From contig JAKFBS010000011.1 in NCBI GenBank assembly GCA_036677065.1, forward strand, positions 96,001 through 160,000: DNA of 64,000 bases, read 5' to 3'. Each line of letters starts with the position of its first letter. The first letter of the stretch is position 1. Under the pieces are notes generated by a model. The model was not told the DNA's origin, did not search any database, and was given only the letters and a program-made list of their open reading frames with translations. Source of the DNA: Bdellovibrio sp. GTDB taxonomy: Bacteria > Bdellovibrionota > Bdellovibrionia > Bdellovibrionales > Bdellovibrionaceae. This document shows, one piece after another, positions 8,909 to 18,974 of this stretch. Position numbers and translations under genes: made by a program.

Positions 8909-10513
8909 CTATTCAGGGCTTGTTTGGTTACTGTCGTACTGAAGCGCCACATAAGACATTAGGTCTGTACATGACAAACTATCAACGGCTTTCGAGATAA
9001 GGCTATCGTTGATATTTAAATCATTTTGCTTGTTACAAAGCTGCAAAGGTAACTCTAATTTTTTGTGCGAAGACACTAAATTCACCGGTTTGATCGGGTT
9101 GATGTAGTTAGTCTCTTCGCTTGAGTCACTAGCTTTAGCTTCAGCTAACTCGATATCCGGAGTTACTCCGTAAAACTGAGTTGATCTTCCGCTTGGTAAT
9201 AAATAAAAACCCTTTGTTCTGAAAAAACCGATGTTTTTTGATTTATCCCAAGATTCGATTTCTTGAAATGTGCCTTTACCAAAAGTTTTTGCACCGATCA
9301 CGATACCGCGACGGTATTCTTGAATTGCTCCGGCAAAAAGTTCTGCAGCACTTGCTGAATTTGTATTAACTAATACCGCAAGCGCGCCAGAATAAATTCT
9401 TTCAGCACTTGTTAATACCACTTCGTTAGATTTTGATAAATCAAAGTATTCAACTGAGTAAATGGTCTTATTTTCACCAATGAAAAGACCTGTTAAACAA
9501 GCCGCTTCTGATAAATGCCCACCTGGATTATCACGTAAATCTAAAACTAATCCTGAGATGTTTTTATCAGCCATTTCTAAGATCGCTGTACTTACTTCGC
9601 TGCACGTGTTCTTAGAAAATTTAGAAATCGTGATCACACCAAAATTACGCGGGCCCGGAACAACTTCTGCGTAAACTTGGCTTAATACACGGTACGTGCG
9701 TTGTATATTTTTAACTAACGTTGCACCGTCGCGCTTGATGATGAAATTAAAAATACGGATGTTGCGGTCTTTTAAGATCTGACCTGCATCAGATAAACTT
9801 AATGATTCGGCTTTTTGCCCGTTGATTGAATTTACGATATCACCCGCAATTAAACCGCTTGCTGCCGCGTCTGAATTACGCACTACTTTTTTAATACGTA
9901 ATTGACCGTGGTGATCTTTTTCAAAACTTAAACCTACAAAGAACGGCGATCTATCAGACTGCGAACTGACTTGATCAAAGTACGCCATTGGTAAAATGTA
10001 AGTGTGCGGATCTTTGCTAACTGACAGGTAACCGTTGATCCCTTGAGCTAATAAATATCTCAGCGGCGTTTTTGGACCAGCTTTAGCTAAAATTAAATCC
10101 CATAAGTTATCAAATGAAAAACTTGAATTGATATGTTCTTTATAAATTTTTGAAAACGGCGCTAGAGTTTCTTTTTCTTTAAAATTATCTAAGCTTGTTG
10201 TTTCATTGTATGCTGGCCAGATTTCGCCAGTTAGGCCTAAGCGCTCTGATGTTAAGGCTAAGGCATTATTCACAGAATTTACGCAGGCTAAAAAGTATTT
10301 TTCAGATAAATGGCAGGTCTTATCGTTAACTAATTTACGTAGTTCTGATTCTTGTAAATCAGATTTTGACCAGTACTCTTCGATTTTGCTGATTTCTAAT
10401 TTTGATTGTGTTTGAGCCGCATGCAACCCCGCAGAGATCCCCCCGATCCCTGCCAGCACAAACCCCATCACAAAACCCATGGCTATCGTAAAAACTATTC
10501 CCCATGATCGCAT
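8909..10513 (-). CDS. Carboxyl-terminal processing protease (S41) with PDZ domain
   Basis: DPHT, PDZ segment, DLRDNPGG, SASAAE, TFGKG and GVTPD. Confidence 0.92.
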   Translation of the reverse strand: MRSWGIVFTIAMGFVMGFVLAGIGGISAGLHAAQTQSKLEISKIEEYWSKSDLQESELRKLVNDKTCHLSEKYFLACVNSVNNALALTSERLGLTGEIWPAYNETTSLDNFKEKETLAPFSKIYKEHINSSFSFDNLWDLILAKAGPKTPLRYLLAQGINGYLSVSKDPHTYILPMAYFDQVSSQSDRSPFFVGLSFEKDHHGQLRIKKVVRNSDAAASGLIAGDIVNSINGQKAESLSLSDAGQILKDRNIRIFNFIIKRDGATLVKNIQRTYRVLSQVYAEVVPGPRNFGVITISKFSKNTCSEVSTAILEMADKNISGLVLDLRDNPGGHLSEAACLTGLFIGENKTIYSVEYFDLSKSNEVVLTSAERIYSGALAVLVNTNSASAAELFAGAIQEYRRGIVIGAKTFGKGTFQEIESWDKSKNIGFFRTKGFYLLPSGRSTQFYGVTPDIELAEAKASDSSEETNYINPIKPVNLVSSHKKLELPLQLCNKQNDLNINDSLISKAVDSLSCTDLMSYVALQYDSNQTSPE

Positions 10514-10562
10514 CTATACACCCCAAATAGGTTCTACACGAACCTTCCCAGTGACAAAATAG

Positions 10563-10579
10563 AGCAACCTTAGGGCCAC
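10563..10579 (-). promoter_or_regulatory. Putative sigma54 promoter
   Basis: Minus strand reads GTGGCCCTAAGGTTGCT, about 50 nt upstream of the S41 protease ATG, with a GGGG RBS. Confidence 0.6.
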
Positions 10580-10708
10580 ATATTCCCCCTCTCAAAACCC
10601 ATAAAATGGCCTTCTGCCCCAGTATTAGGAAAGTTTTTCAAAGGTGATCAAAACAACCACACACAAAATACTTGCGAACATCGAGTGTCATGCCAGATAC
10701 TCACAAGC

Positions 10709-11677
10709 ATGATTATCGTAACCGGCGCCAATGGCTTTATTGGAAGTGCAATGGTTTGGCAGCTCAATCAAATGGGCCATACAAACATCATTGCCACAGA
10801 CACAGTTGATCTTACAAAACGCAATCTTTTACACAAAAGACAGTATGCTGAGTTTTTTAAAGCCTCAGAATTATGGAGCTTCTTAGCGACTCCTGAAGCC
10901 CAGAAAAAAGTGACATGGATTATCCACATGGGTGCCTGTTCTTCGACGACTGAAAAAGACTGGGAATACCTTTACGAAAATAATTTTTTATATTCGCAAA
11001 GATTATTCGAGTGGGCTGCGCGCTACAAAAAAAATCTAATCTATGCAAGTTCTGCTGCCACTTACGGCGAAGGCGAAAATGGTTTTGAAGACACTTATGA
11101 TTCTGAAAAATTAAAACCATTAAATCTATACGGCGAATCTAAAGTAATTATGGATCGTTGGGCGATGAAACAAAAAGCGACACCTGAAAATTGGTACGCT
11201 TTAAAATTTTTCAACGTGTTCGGCCCGAACGAATACGAAAAAGGTTCGATGGCCTCTGTGGCCTACAAATCTTATCACCACTTACAAAAAAATGATTCAT
11301 TAGGTTTATTTAAATCTTACAATGCCAATTACATGGACGGCAAACAAGTGCGCGATTTCGTTTATGTGAAAGACGTTGTTCGTTGGATGGCTGAACTGAT
11401 GGATAAAAAACCGGCTAGCGGTATTTATAATATGGGTTACGGCGAAACGCGCTCATGGTTAGATATGGCTGAAGCCCTTTTTAAAGCCTTAGGTAAAGAG
11501 CAAAAAATCAAATGGCTTGATATGCCCGAAGATATTAAAAACCAATATCAGTATTACACTTTGGCTAACATGACTAAATGGAAGCAGGCTGGCATGTCAG
11601 AACCTGAATGGCCGCTTGAAAAAGCCATTGCTGATTATGTGCAAAACTATTTATCACAAAAAGATCCTTGGTTATAA
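10709..11677 (+). CDS. hldD: ADP-L-glycero-D-manno-heptose-6-epimerase
   Basis: MIIVTGANGFIGS, HMGACSSTTE, YASSAATYG, PLNLYG.SK and RDFVYVKD. Confidence 0.93.
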   Translation: MIIVTGANGFIGSAMVWQLNQMGHTNIIATDTVDLTKRNLLHKRQYAEFFKASELWSFLATPEAQKKVTWIIHMGACSSTTEKDWEYLYENNFLYSQRLFEWAARYKKNLIYASSAATYGEGENGFEDTYDSEKLKPLNLYGESKVIMDRWAMKQKATPENWYALKFFNVFGPNEYEKGSMASVAYKSYHHLQKNDSLGLFKSYNANYMDGKQVRDFVYVKDVVRWMAELMDKKPASGIYNMGYGETRSWLDMAEALFKALGKEQKIKWLDMPEDIKNQYQYYTLANMTKWKQAGMSEPEWPLEKAIADYVQNYLSQKDPWL

Positions 11678-11680
11678 ATT

Positions 11681-13327
11681 ATGTATGAACTTCCTCAGCA
11701 TTTAAAAAAATACTGTGTAGACCAAAATTACGCGCGCTATACGCCGATCGATCAGGCCACCTGGCGCTATTGCCTACGCCAGTTAAAAGATTTTTTATCT
11801 AAAAACGCGCATCCTATTTATATCGAAGGTTTAGAAAAAACCGGCATCAGCGAAGAACAAATTCCACGCATTGAAGATATGAGTGAAAAACTTAAAAACT
11901 TCGGCTGGACAGCCATGCCTGTTTCTGGATTTATTCCACCAGCAGCATTTATGGAATTACAATCGTTATCAATTTTACCGATCGCTTCTGACATGCGAAG
12001 TATTGATCACTTACTTTATACTCCTGCCCCGGATATCGTGCACGAAGCTGCAGGGCATGCGCCGATTATCGTTGATCCAGAATACGCAGCGTATTTAAAA
12101 GAGTATGCGCAAGTGGCGAAAAAAGCGATTATCAGCAAAGAAGATTTAGATTTATACGAAGCCATTCGCGAATTATCAGACATTAAAGAAAATCCTACCT
12201 CGACTGCAGAACAAATCGCAGCTTCTGAAAAAAAATTACAAGACACTATCAGGGCTTCAACTCATGTTTCTGAAGCCTCTGAATTATCACGCATGAATTG
12301 GTGGACAGCTGAATATGGTTTAATCGGCACTGTCGATAATCCAAAAATATTTGGTGCCGGATTATTATCCTCTGTTGGCGAATCAAAACTATGCATGTCT
12401 GACAAAGTTAAAAAAATTCCCTTAACAGTTGATTGTATTAAACAGACTTACGACATCACTGAGCCACAACCACAATTATTTGTAACACCTGATTTTAAAA
12501 CTCTAGTTAAAGTCTTACATCAAATGGCTGAAACTATGGCTTATCGCATTGGCGGTAAAGCTGGCTTAGATAAAGCGATTCAGGCAAAATCTGTGAATAC
12601 TGTTGAACTTGATTCAGGCTTACAGATCAGCGGCGTTGTGACCGAATACATTCAAGATTCTTCAGGCCATGTGATTTACATTAAATTCACAGGACCTACA
12701 CAAATCAGTCGCAACGACCAGCAATTACCAGGGCATAATAAAGAATATCACCAGCATGGCTATAGCTTTCCGTTAGGAAACTACAAAACTGTTGGCAATA
12801 CTTTGCAGTATGATTCAGGCGTTACTGTTACTGGTGATTTAGCTAAAACTGAACACGGCATTATGACTTTTAAAAATTGTACGGTGAAATACAAAGACCA
12901 AACACTATTTCAACCTGACTGGGGTAATTTTGATATCACCGTGGGTAATAAAGTGATTTCAGTATTTGGCGGAGCCGCAGATCGCAAAAGTTACGGCGAT
13001 ACCGATGATTTCGTAGCCGCACGTGTTCCTACGCCGAATTATAACGCTGAACAAAAGGCACTATTTGCGCTCTATCAAAAAGTTCGTGATTACCGCAAAG
13101 CTCGCTCTGAGTGGTCAGATTCAACGACGATGGCTTTATTTGACCAGTGTTTAAACCAAGCTTCAGACCAATGGTTATTATTTGTTGAGATTCTAGAAAT
13201 CGCTGTAATGAGCAAACTTTCGCCAGTCTTAACGAAAAAAATGGAAGCCCACTTACAAACTATCAAATCTAACAACGAAAAATTGACATCAGTTATAGAT
13301 GATGGTGTACGTCTAGCTTATGCGTAA
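11681..13327 (+). CDS. phhA: Phenylalanine 4-monooxygenase (long form with C-terminal extension)
   Basis: YTPAPDIVHEAAGH and WWTAEYGL iron-ligand motifs, plus GAGLLSS. Confidence 0.9.
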   Translation: MYELPQHLKKYCVDQNYARYTPIDQATWRYCLRQLKDFLSKNAHPIYIEGLEKTGISEEQIPRIEDMSEKLKNFGWTAMPVSGFIPPAAFMELQSLSILPIASDMRSIDHLLYTPAPDIVHEAAGHAPIIVDPEYAAYLKEYAQVAKKAIISKEDLDLYEAIRELSDIKENPTSTAEQIAASEKKLQDTIRASTHVSEASELSRMNWWTAEYGLIGTVDNPKIFGAGLLSSVGESKLCMSDKVKKIPLTVDCIKQTYDITEPQPQLFVTPDFKTLVKVLHQMAETMAYRIGGKAGLDKAIQAKSVNTVELDSGLQISGVVTEYIQDSSGHVIYIKFTGPTQISRNDQQLPGHNKEYHQHGYSFPLGNYKTVGNTLQYDSGVTVTGDLAKTEHGIMTFKNCTVKYKDQTLFQPDWGNFDITVGNKVISVFGGAADRKSYGDTDDFVAARVPTPNYNAEQKALFALYQKVRDYRKARSEWSDSTTMALFDQCLNQASDQWLLFVEILEIAVMSKLSPVLTKKMEAHLQTIKSNNEKLTSVIDDGVRLAYA

Positions 13328-14096
13328 GCTGGATGTAAGAATCGTATTAATTAAATCAATCTATGAACGAAATATCGGGTCAACGTCTCGCGCGATGGCC
13401 AATATGGGTTTTAAGAATTTAATCTTACTAGCACCACAGTGTGAAATCACTTTTGATGCCCAGCAAGCTGCAGCCACTGGCCAGTATGCCCTACAAAATC
13501 GCGTTGTTTATAAAAATTGGGCTGAATTTTTTAAAAATGAACCACAAGGTTTAATGATTGCAACCACTGCGCGTGATGGCCGTGGTCGCCAAGCGCAAGA
13601 CTTACAATCTACTTTAAATTATTTTTTAGAAACAAATGCCGACATAAAAAAAGAATCTGAGAATCCATTCGTGATTCATATCGTATTCGGGCCTGAAGAT
13701 GCAGGGTTAAGTGCCGAAGATATTTCGCACGCTAATTTCAGCTGCTCAATTCCTACTTATGGAGACAACACCAGTCTTAACCTGGCTCAGGCGACATTAC
13801 TTGCGATGTTTATCACACGTTCGGTATTTGGCGGCGAAAAAACTCAGCTTGAAGGCCAGCAAAAACCTAAAGCCCTACAGAAAAAAGACGAAGGTATTTT
13901 CCCCGATGAATCATTACGTACATGGTTAACTGAAATGGGTTTTGCGTTAGATAAGAAAAAAATTAATGTCTACACGACATTAAAACGTATGCTTTTACAG
14001 AATACGCCGTCGGCTAAAGAATTTCGTGTGCTTGAAATCGTGCTGCAACAAAGTATTCGTAAACTTCGCGCGCTAAATGACCTAAAAAAAGACTAG
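13320..14096 (+). CDS. SPOUT RNA methyltransferase, TrmJ/LasT family
   Basis: NIGS..RAMANMG, VFGPE..GL and SLNLAQA. Confidence 0.88.
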   Translation: MRKLDVRIVLIKSIYERNIGSTSRAMANMGFKNLILLAPQCEITFDAQQAAATGQYALQNRVVYKNWAEFFKNEPQGLMIATTARDGRGRQAQDLQSTLNYFLETNADIKKESENPFVIHIVFGPEDAGLSAEDISHANFSCSIPTYGDNTSLNLAQATLLAMFITRSVFGGEKTQLEGQQKPKALQKKDEGIFPDESLRTWLTEMGFALDKKKINVYTTLKRMLLQNTPSAKEFRVLEIVLQQSIRKLRALNDLKKD

Positions 14097-14106
14097 CCCG
14101 GGGCGC

Positions 14107-14475
14107 CTAGCCCGCCAAACTTCTAACTTTTTTAATCTTTTGATCTAAAACTGAAATATGTTCTGTTAATGACTTACCCTGATCATGTAAATCTGCGATG
14201 CGCTCGTGGGCATCTTCAGTCATCGAACCCACTAATTGTAAGTTTTCGATCACCATATGAGTTTCTTCAATCTTGGCCTTAATGCCCTCGATCTTCTGAA
14301 ACAGGGATTGTTTCTGCTCGCTAAGTTCACGCATGGTTTCATGGATAAATTCTTGCGGCAGACCTTTAAGCTCTTTAATTTTTGGAATATCTTCTTCCAC
14401 GAAAGCTTCTATAAGCAGAGACCATTCGGATTTCAGGGAACCTTTAGTAGCACTACTATGACTGTCATCGTTCAT
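14107..14475 (-). CDS. Hypothetical coiled-coil protein
   Basis: Open frame with heptad pattern; TG-TACAAT -10 box 6 nt upstream of the ATG. Confidence 0.65.
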   Translation of the reverse strand: MNDDSHSSATKGSLKSEWSLLIEAFVEEDIPKIKELKGLPQEFIHETMRELSEQKQSLFQKIEGIKAKIEETHMVIENLQLVGSMTEDAHERIADLHDQGKSLTEHISVLDQKIKKVRSLAG

Positions 14476-14560
14476 ACTATGATTGTAACAATGCTGAATA
14501 GCATAAGTAACTAGACGATAGACTAGACACTGCGGCCTCTAAGTATATAAGATTTAATAA

Positions 14561-15679
14561 ATGAATTTAGGACTTTTATTTATTGCAGCATTTTTAGCTA
14601 GCTCTTTAGCCCTGGCCAAAGGTCCTGAAGTGGTGTCTGCGCCGGTGATTTCTTTCACTGCAAAACCTGCAGTTAGTGGTAGCGATAGTCTTTTATTATC
14701 TTTCAATGGCGATCTAATTATTCATGAAGATCTTTACAAAAAAGTGATGGCCGATAAAAACCACGATTTTTCCGTGCTTTGGAAAAAGACAATTCCCCTA
14801 ATTACCAAAGCCGATTTTTCTTATGTGAATATGGAAGGCCCAACCGCTCTGGGCATCAGCAATAAATTAAAAAACAAAGGTGATGTAGGTTTTGTTTATG
14901 ATAACGAAGTCTATAGCGGCACTGATTTATTATTTAACTATCACCCCACCCTCATTGATGCGCTTCAAAAATCTGGCTTTGATATTATATCGACAGTGAA
15001 TAATCATTCGCTGGATCGCGGAGCAAAAGGTCTAAATTCTACGATTGATGCATTAATTAAACGTAATATGCCATTCATCGGTTCAAGAAAATCTGGCAGC
15101 GAAGATCCATTATACACGGTAACTAAAGTTAAAAATTTCACGATTGCTTGGATTGGCTGCACCGAAATGCTGAATGGTTTTTTCGACCGTAAGTCACAAG
15201 TCTATTTATGCTTTCAACAGCGTGAAGAGATTTTAAAACTAATCGCGCGCGTGATTTCAGAAAAAAAACCAGATGCTGTGATTATGACTCCGCACTGGGG
15301 TGTTGAATATTCACATAAACATTCACAAACTCAGATCGCTCTTGCCCATGAATTTTTAGAAATGGGAGCCACCGCTGTGATCGGCTCTCACCCGCACGTA
15401 TTACAACCTGTTGAAAAATATGTAACTGCTGATAAACGCGAAACCTTTATCGCTTATTCACTAGGAAATTTTGTGGCTAACCAACGCGGTATTGAAAGAA
15501 AATCATCGGCGATTGTGTATTTACAATTATCGCGTGATAAATCTGGAAAAGCTGTGATCAGTGATTATTATTACGAACCTACGACAAGATTACGCGCAGA
15601 TATTTTTCCAGCACGTGATGACAAAGCTGTGGTTAAGCATGTCGAGCAGTTCTTAGGACCAATGCGCCCTAAGGAATAA
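14561..15679 (+). CDS. CapA (PGA_cap) family metallophosphoesterase, secreted
   Basis: GDLI.H, N.E.P, NNHSLD.G, HWG.EY, GSHPHVLQ and YSLGNF. Confidence 0.88.
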   Translation: MNLGLLFIAAFLASSLALAKGPEVVSAPVISFTAKPAVSGSDSLLLSFNGDLIIHEDLYKKVMADKNHDFSVLWKKTIPLITKADFSYVNMEGPTALGISNKLKNKGDVGFVYDNEVYSGTDLLFNYHPTLIDALQKSGFDIISTVNNHSLDRGAKGLNSTIDALIKRNMPFIGSRKSGSEDPLYTVTKVKNFTIAWIGCTEMLNGFFDRKSQVYLCFQQREEILKLIARVISEKKPDAVIMTPHWGVEYSHKHSQTQIALAHEFLEMGATAVIGSHPHVLQPVEKYVTADKRETFIAYSLGNFVANQRGIERKSSAIVYLQLSRDKSGKAVISDYYYEPTTRLRADIFPARDDKAVVKHVEQFLGPMRPKE

Positions 15680-16760
15680 ACGACATCACAAGATAGGCAA
15701 TCATCAGCACCAAATGCGTTGCTCCTTGTAGAGCGGTTGTTCGACCAGTTCCCAATGTTAATCCGCCCACAATAAAGGTCAGTAATAAAAATGCTGTGTT
15801 TTTTGGATCTAAGCCTAAAGTTAATGTGCGATTTGTCATAATCGAGAATGCCGCTACAACTGGAATCGTCAGCGCGATAGATGCAGCTCCAGAACCTAAT
15901 GCTAAGTTCAGACTCGTTTGTAATTGATTGGCACGAGCTGCCGTAATAGCGGCCCAAGTTTCAGGAAGTAAAACCAGTAACGCGATCACAATACCTACAG
16001 CTGCGCGTGGAGCATTTAGCGCCGTCACTCCTGCTTCTATGGCAGGGCTTAGTGATTTAGCTAATCCAATCACTACACCTAAACTTAAAAATAAACAGAT
16101 AAAACTTAAAACCGTAAGACGTAATGATGGCGTTGGTGAACCTTCAGCATCTTCGCTGGGAACTTCGATCACTTCAAAATAATCTTTATGCGTTTTAGTT
16201 TGAAAGTAAACCAACAGCGCATACAAAATCAAACAAGCGGCCGAGACAAAGATTAACTGGCCAGTACTATAGGTCGATGCGGCCGTTGATGTCGTGTAAT
16301 TCGGAATCACCATCGTAAGACCAGCTAATACAGCTAAGATGCCAAGCAATGAGCTTGCTCCTTGTACATGAAAATCTAATTCACGAAAACGTAAACCGCC
16401 TAATAATAAACACACGCCCACAATCCCGTTTGTGACAATAATCACCGCCGAAAAAACCGTATCGCGCGCAACTACTGATGATTCAGGTGTATCATTGGTC
16501 ATTAACGAAACAATTAATCCAACTTCAATAACGGTTACCGATAAAGCTAAGATCAAAGCGCCTAGTGATGGACCAACTCGTAAGGCAATCACTTCGGCGT
16601 GATGGACTGCCGTCATAACAGCAACACCTAAAAAGCCTACAGCGATAGCTAATAACCACGCCGACGATGTACCTAAAGATAAAACCATCACCATCACTAA
16701 AACTGAAGCTATTGATAAAAAGTGGGTCATATCAAAATAGCGTTTTAATCTTTTAGTCAC
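15669..16760 (-). CDS. chaA: Ca2+/H+ antiporter
   Basis: AVHHAEVIA..VG, VT.IEVGLI, ARDTVF, LLPE and LALGS.AASIALTIP. Confidence 0.9.
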   Translation of the reverse strand: MTKRLKRYFDMTHFLSIASVLVMVMVLSLGTSSAWLLAIAVGFLGVAVMTAVHHAEVIALRVGPSLGALILALSVTVIEVGLIVSLMTNDTPESSVVARDTVFSAVIIVTNGIVGVCLLLGGLRFRELDFHVQGASSLLGILAVLAGLTMVIPNYTTSTAASTYSTGQLIFVSAACLILYALLVYFQTKTHKDYFEVIEVPSEDAEGSPTPSLRLTVLSFICLFLSLGVVIGLAKSLSPAIEAGVTALNAPRAAVGIVIALLVLLPETWAAITAARANQLQTSLNLALGSGAASIALTIPVVAAFSIMTNRTLTLGLDPKNTAFLLLTFIVGGLTLGTGRTTALQGATHLVLMIAYLVMSFIP

Positions 16761-17862
16761 GGGTAAGCCTTCCGGTTAAATACTGATCAGGAGAAAAAGT
16801 CTTATGTTTCACATTTCTAAGCACTAACTTGTGCTCTAAAGCAGGAATAGAAAAATGCTGCGACCATGATAGGCCTTCGCCAGAACCAATAATTACAGGT
16901 GCGGTAAAGACATGTAAGCGATCAATCAGCCCGGCGGTTAAAAAACTAGAGTACGTTCTCGCGCCGCCTTCGATAAAGACTGATTTGATTTTTAGATTCC
17001 ATAATTGATTTAATAAATCATTTAAATCTGTGAACTTTAATGTTTGATAATCAGTCGCAACATCTTTTTGCACAGCAAAGATAATTTTATCTTTTTTATG
17101 TAAATCTAAAAATTTATAAGATTTTTTCGAAGCGAGGATTTTTCCATCAGGATCAATTACGATTAAAAAATTTTCTTTTTGAATACGTGGATGACGTACA
17201 TTTAACGAAGGATTATCAGTCTCGATTGTCTTGCGGCCGACAATCACCCCGTCGTACCATGCGCGCAGCTCATGCACGAATTCACGAGAACTTTCAGAGG
17301 TAATCCATTTACTTTCGCCGCTGGCTAAAGCAATTTGGCCATCTAAACTTTGGGCCACTTTGGCCGCGACGAAAGTTTTTTTCTCTCTGAAGTTTTTTAA
17401 AAACACTTCACAAGTGTCTTCAAGGTCTGCTTTTAATTCACCGTCGTATTCTAAACAGCTAATCCCGGCAGCGCGAATAATCTGCGCGCCTTGGCCTGCC
17501 ACTAGCGGATTTGGGTCTTCTAAACCAAACACCACTCTTTTAAGTGGCATTTTAGCGAGTGCTTTTGCGCATGACGGAGTTTTACCTTCATGAGCGCAGG
17601 GCTCTAAGGTCACATACACTTGTGCATTTTGAAGTTCGAAGTCTGTTAATTTAGAATAAGCGTCAACTTCAGCATGAGGTTCGCCGTATTTATGGTGATA
17701 ACCGCTGCTTAAGAATTTATTATTTTCATCTAGAATTACGCAACCAACGAGAGGATTCGGAGACACAAAAGGCGCACCTTTGTACGCCTCTTGAATCGCA
17801 AGCTTCATAGCCTGTTCATCAGATAAAAAATCACCTTTATGAAAAGTTATTTTTTCATCCAT
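16753..17862 (-). CDS. ribD: Bifunctional riboflavin deaminase/reductase
   Basis: SPNPLVG, HAE, TLEPC.H..KTP.C, SLDG.IA, SKWIT and EGG. Confidence 0.95.
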   Translation of the reverse strand: MDEKITFHKGDFLSDEQAMKLAIQEAYKGAPFVSPNPLVGCVILDENNKFLSSGYHHKYGEPHAEVDAYSKLTDFELQNAQVYVTLEPCAHEGKTPSCAKALAKMPLKRVVFGLEDPNPLVAGQGAQIIRAAGISCLEYDGELKADLEDTCEVFLKNFREKKTFVAAKVAQSLDGQIALASGESKWITSESSREFVHELRAWYDGVIVGRKTIETDNPSLNVRHPRIQKENFLIVIDPDGKILASKKSYKFLDLHKKDKIIFAVQKDVATDYQTLKFTDLNDLLNQLWNLKIKSVFIEGGARTYSSFLTAGLIDRLHVFTAPVIIGSGEGLSWSQHFSIPALEHKLVLRNVKHKTFSPDQYLTGRLTRD

Positions 17863-18974
17863 GACTGCCAGTATGAATTCACTTCTGTTTTTTCAATGTA
17901 AGGATCAACTTGTAACGGACGTTGCGTATCAATCATTACGGCCACTTCATCAGTGAACGTTTTAGGATTTGCGGCGGCTGCTGCAAACGCCTTTGGATGT
18001 GGCCCATGCGGCATTCCTGCCGGATGGAACGTCATCATGTTGGCGTGTAAGTTATCACGGCTAAAAAAGTTTCCAGCGTGATAAAATAACACTTCATCGT
18101 AATCAATATTTTGGTGATAGAACGGAACTTTAAGCGCGTCTTTATCTGTTTCGATAAGACGTGGTAAGAACGTACAAACCACAAAACCATTTGCAGCAAA
18201 CGTAGTGTGCGTTGACGGAGGTAAGTGTACACGATGAGACATCATCGGCATCATATCATCAATGTGAAGTGTAAATGGGAAGTAATCCCCTTTCCAAGCC
18301 ACAGTGTCATACACGCACTGATCATAAGTAAATTTTGTAACAGTGCCTGCACGGCGGATGTTGATCTCTAATGATTCAACACCGTTATCTTTTTTAAATT
18401 GATAAAGTTCTTCTAAGTTTGGTTTACCTAACGCTGCAAGATCATAGAATGCATTACGTCCGACCATGCCGCGGTCTGGTTCACGATACATTCCTACTAA
18501 TGATTCAATGATTAAGAACTGTGTGTCTTCATCAAAAATGATTGTGTGGTGTAGTGATTTAGGAATATTAACGTAGCTACCAACTTTGAATTTTAACAAT
18601 CCGTACTCAGTTAAAACTTTTCCAGAACCAGTGTGAACGAAATATAATGTTTCGCCATCAACGTTTCTTAAAGCTGGAAGAACTGTTTTACCTTTTGATA
18701 AATCAGTTTTTTTATTCCAACAAGAATAAATCACAACGTCGTTATTAAATAATAAACGATTCCATTTACCATTTTCATATTGGCACGGAACAAGATCATA
18801 CAAGTGCGGCTTTAACGGGCCTTCGATACTTGTCCAACGAGTTGGCGCTTTATCTTTTAATAAATGAGAAACTGGGCCATAAAAACCTTTGCGACCGTGC
18901 TCTTCTTCGAATTGACCTTCAGGAATCCCCTTATGGCCTTGGGTATGACTTTTACCTTGTGAATATTGATGCAT
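17847..18974 (-). CDS. hmgA: Homogentisate 1,2-dioxygenase
   Basis: EEEHGR.GF.G, HLPP, PFYH.N.DYDEV.FYH and HGPHP; adjacent to hppD. Confidence 0.9.
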   Translation of the reverse strand: MHQYSQGKSHTQGHKGIPEGQFEEEHGRKGFYGPVSHLLKDKAPTRWTSIEGPLKPHLYDLVPCQYENGKWNRLLFNNDVVIYSCWNKKTDLSKGKTVLPALRNVDGETLYFVHTGSGKVLTEYGLLKFKVGSYVNIPKSLHHTIIFDEDTQFLIIESLVGMYREPDRGMVGRNAFYDLAALGKPNLEELYQFKKDNGVESLEINIRRAGTVTKFTYDQCVYDTVAWKGDYFPFTLHIDDMMPMMSHRVHLPPSTHTTFAANGFVVCTFLPRLIETDKDALKVPFYHQNIDYDEVLFYHAGNFFSRDNLHANMMTFHPAGMPHGPHPKAFAAAAANPKTFTDEVAVMIDTQRPLQVDPYIEKTEVNSYWQSWMKK

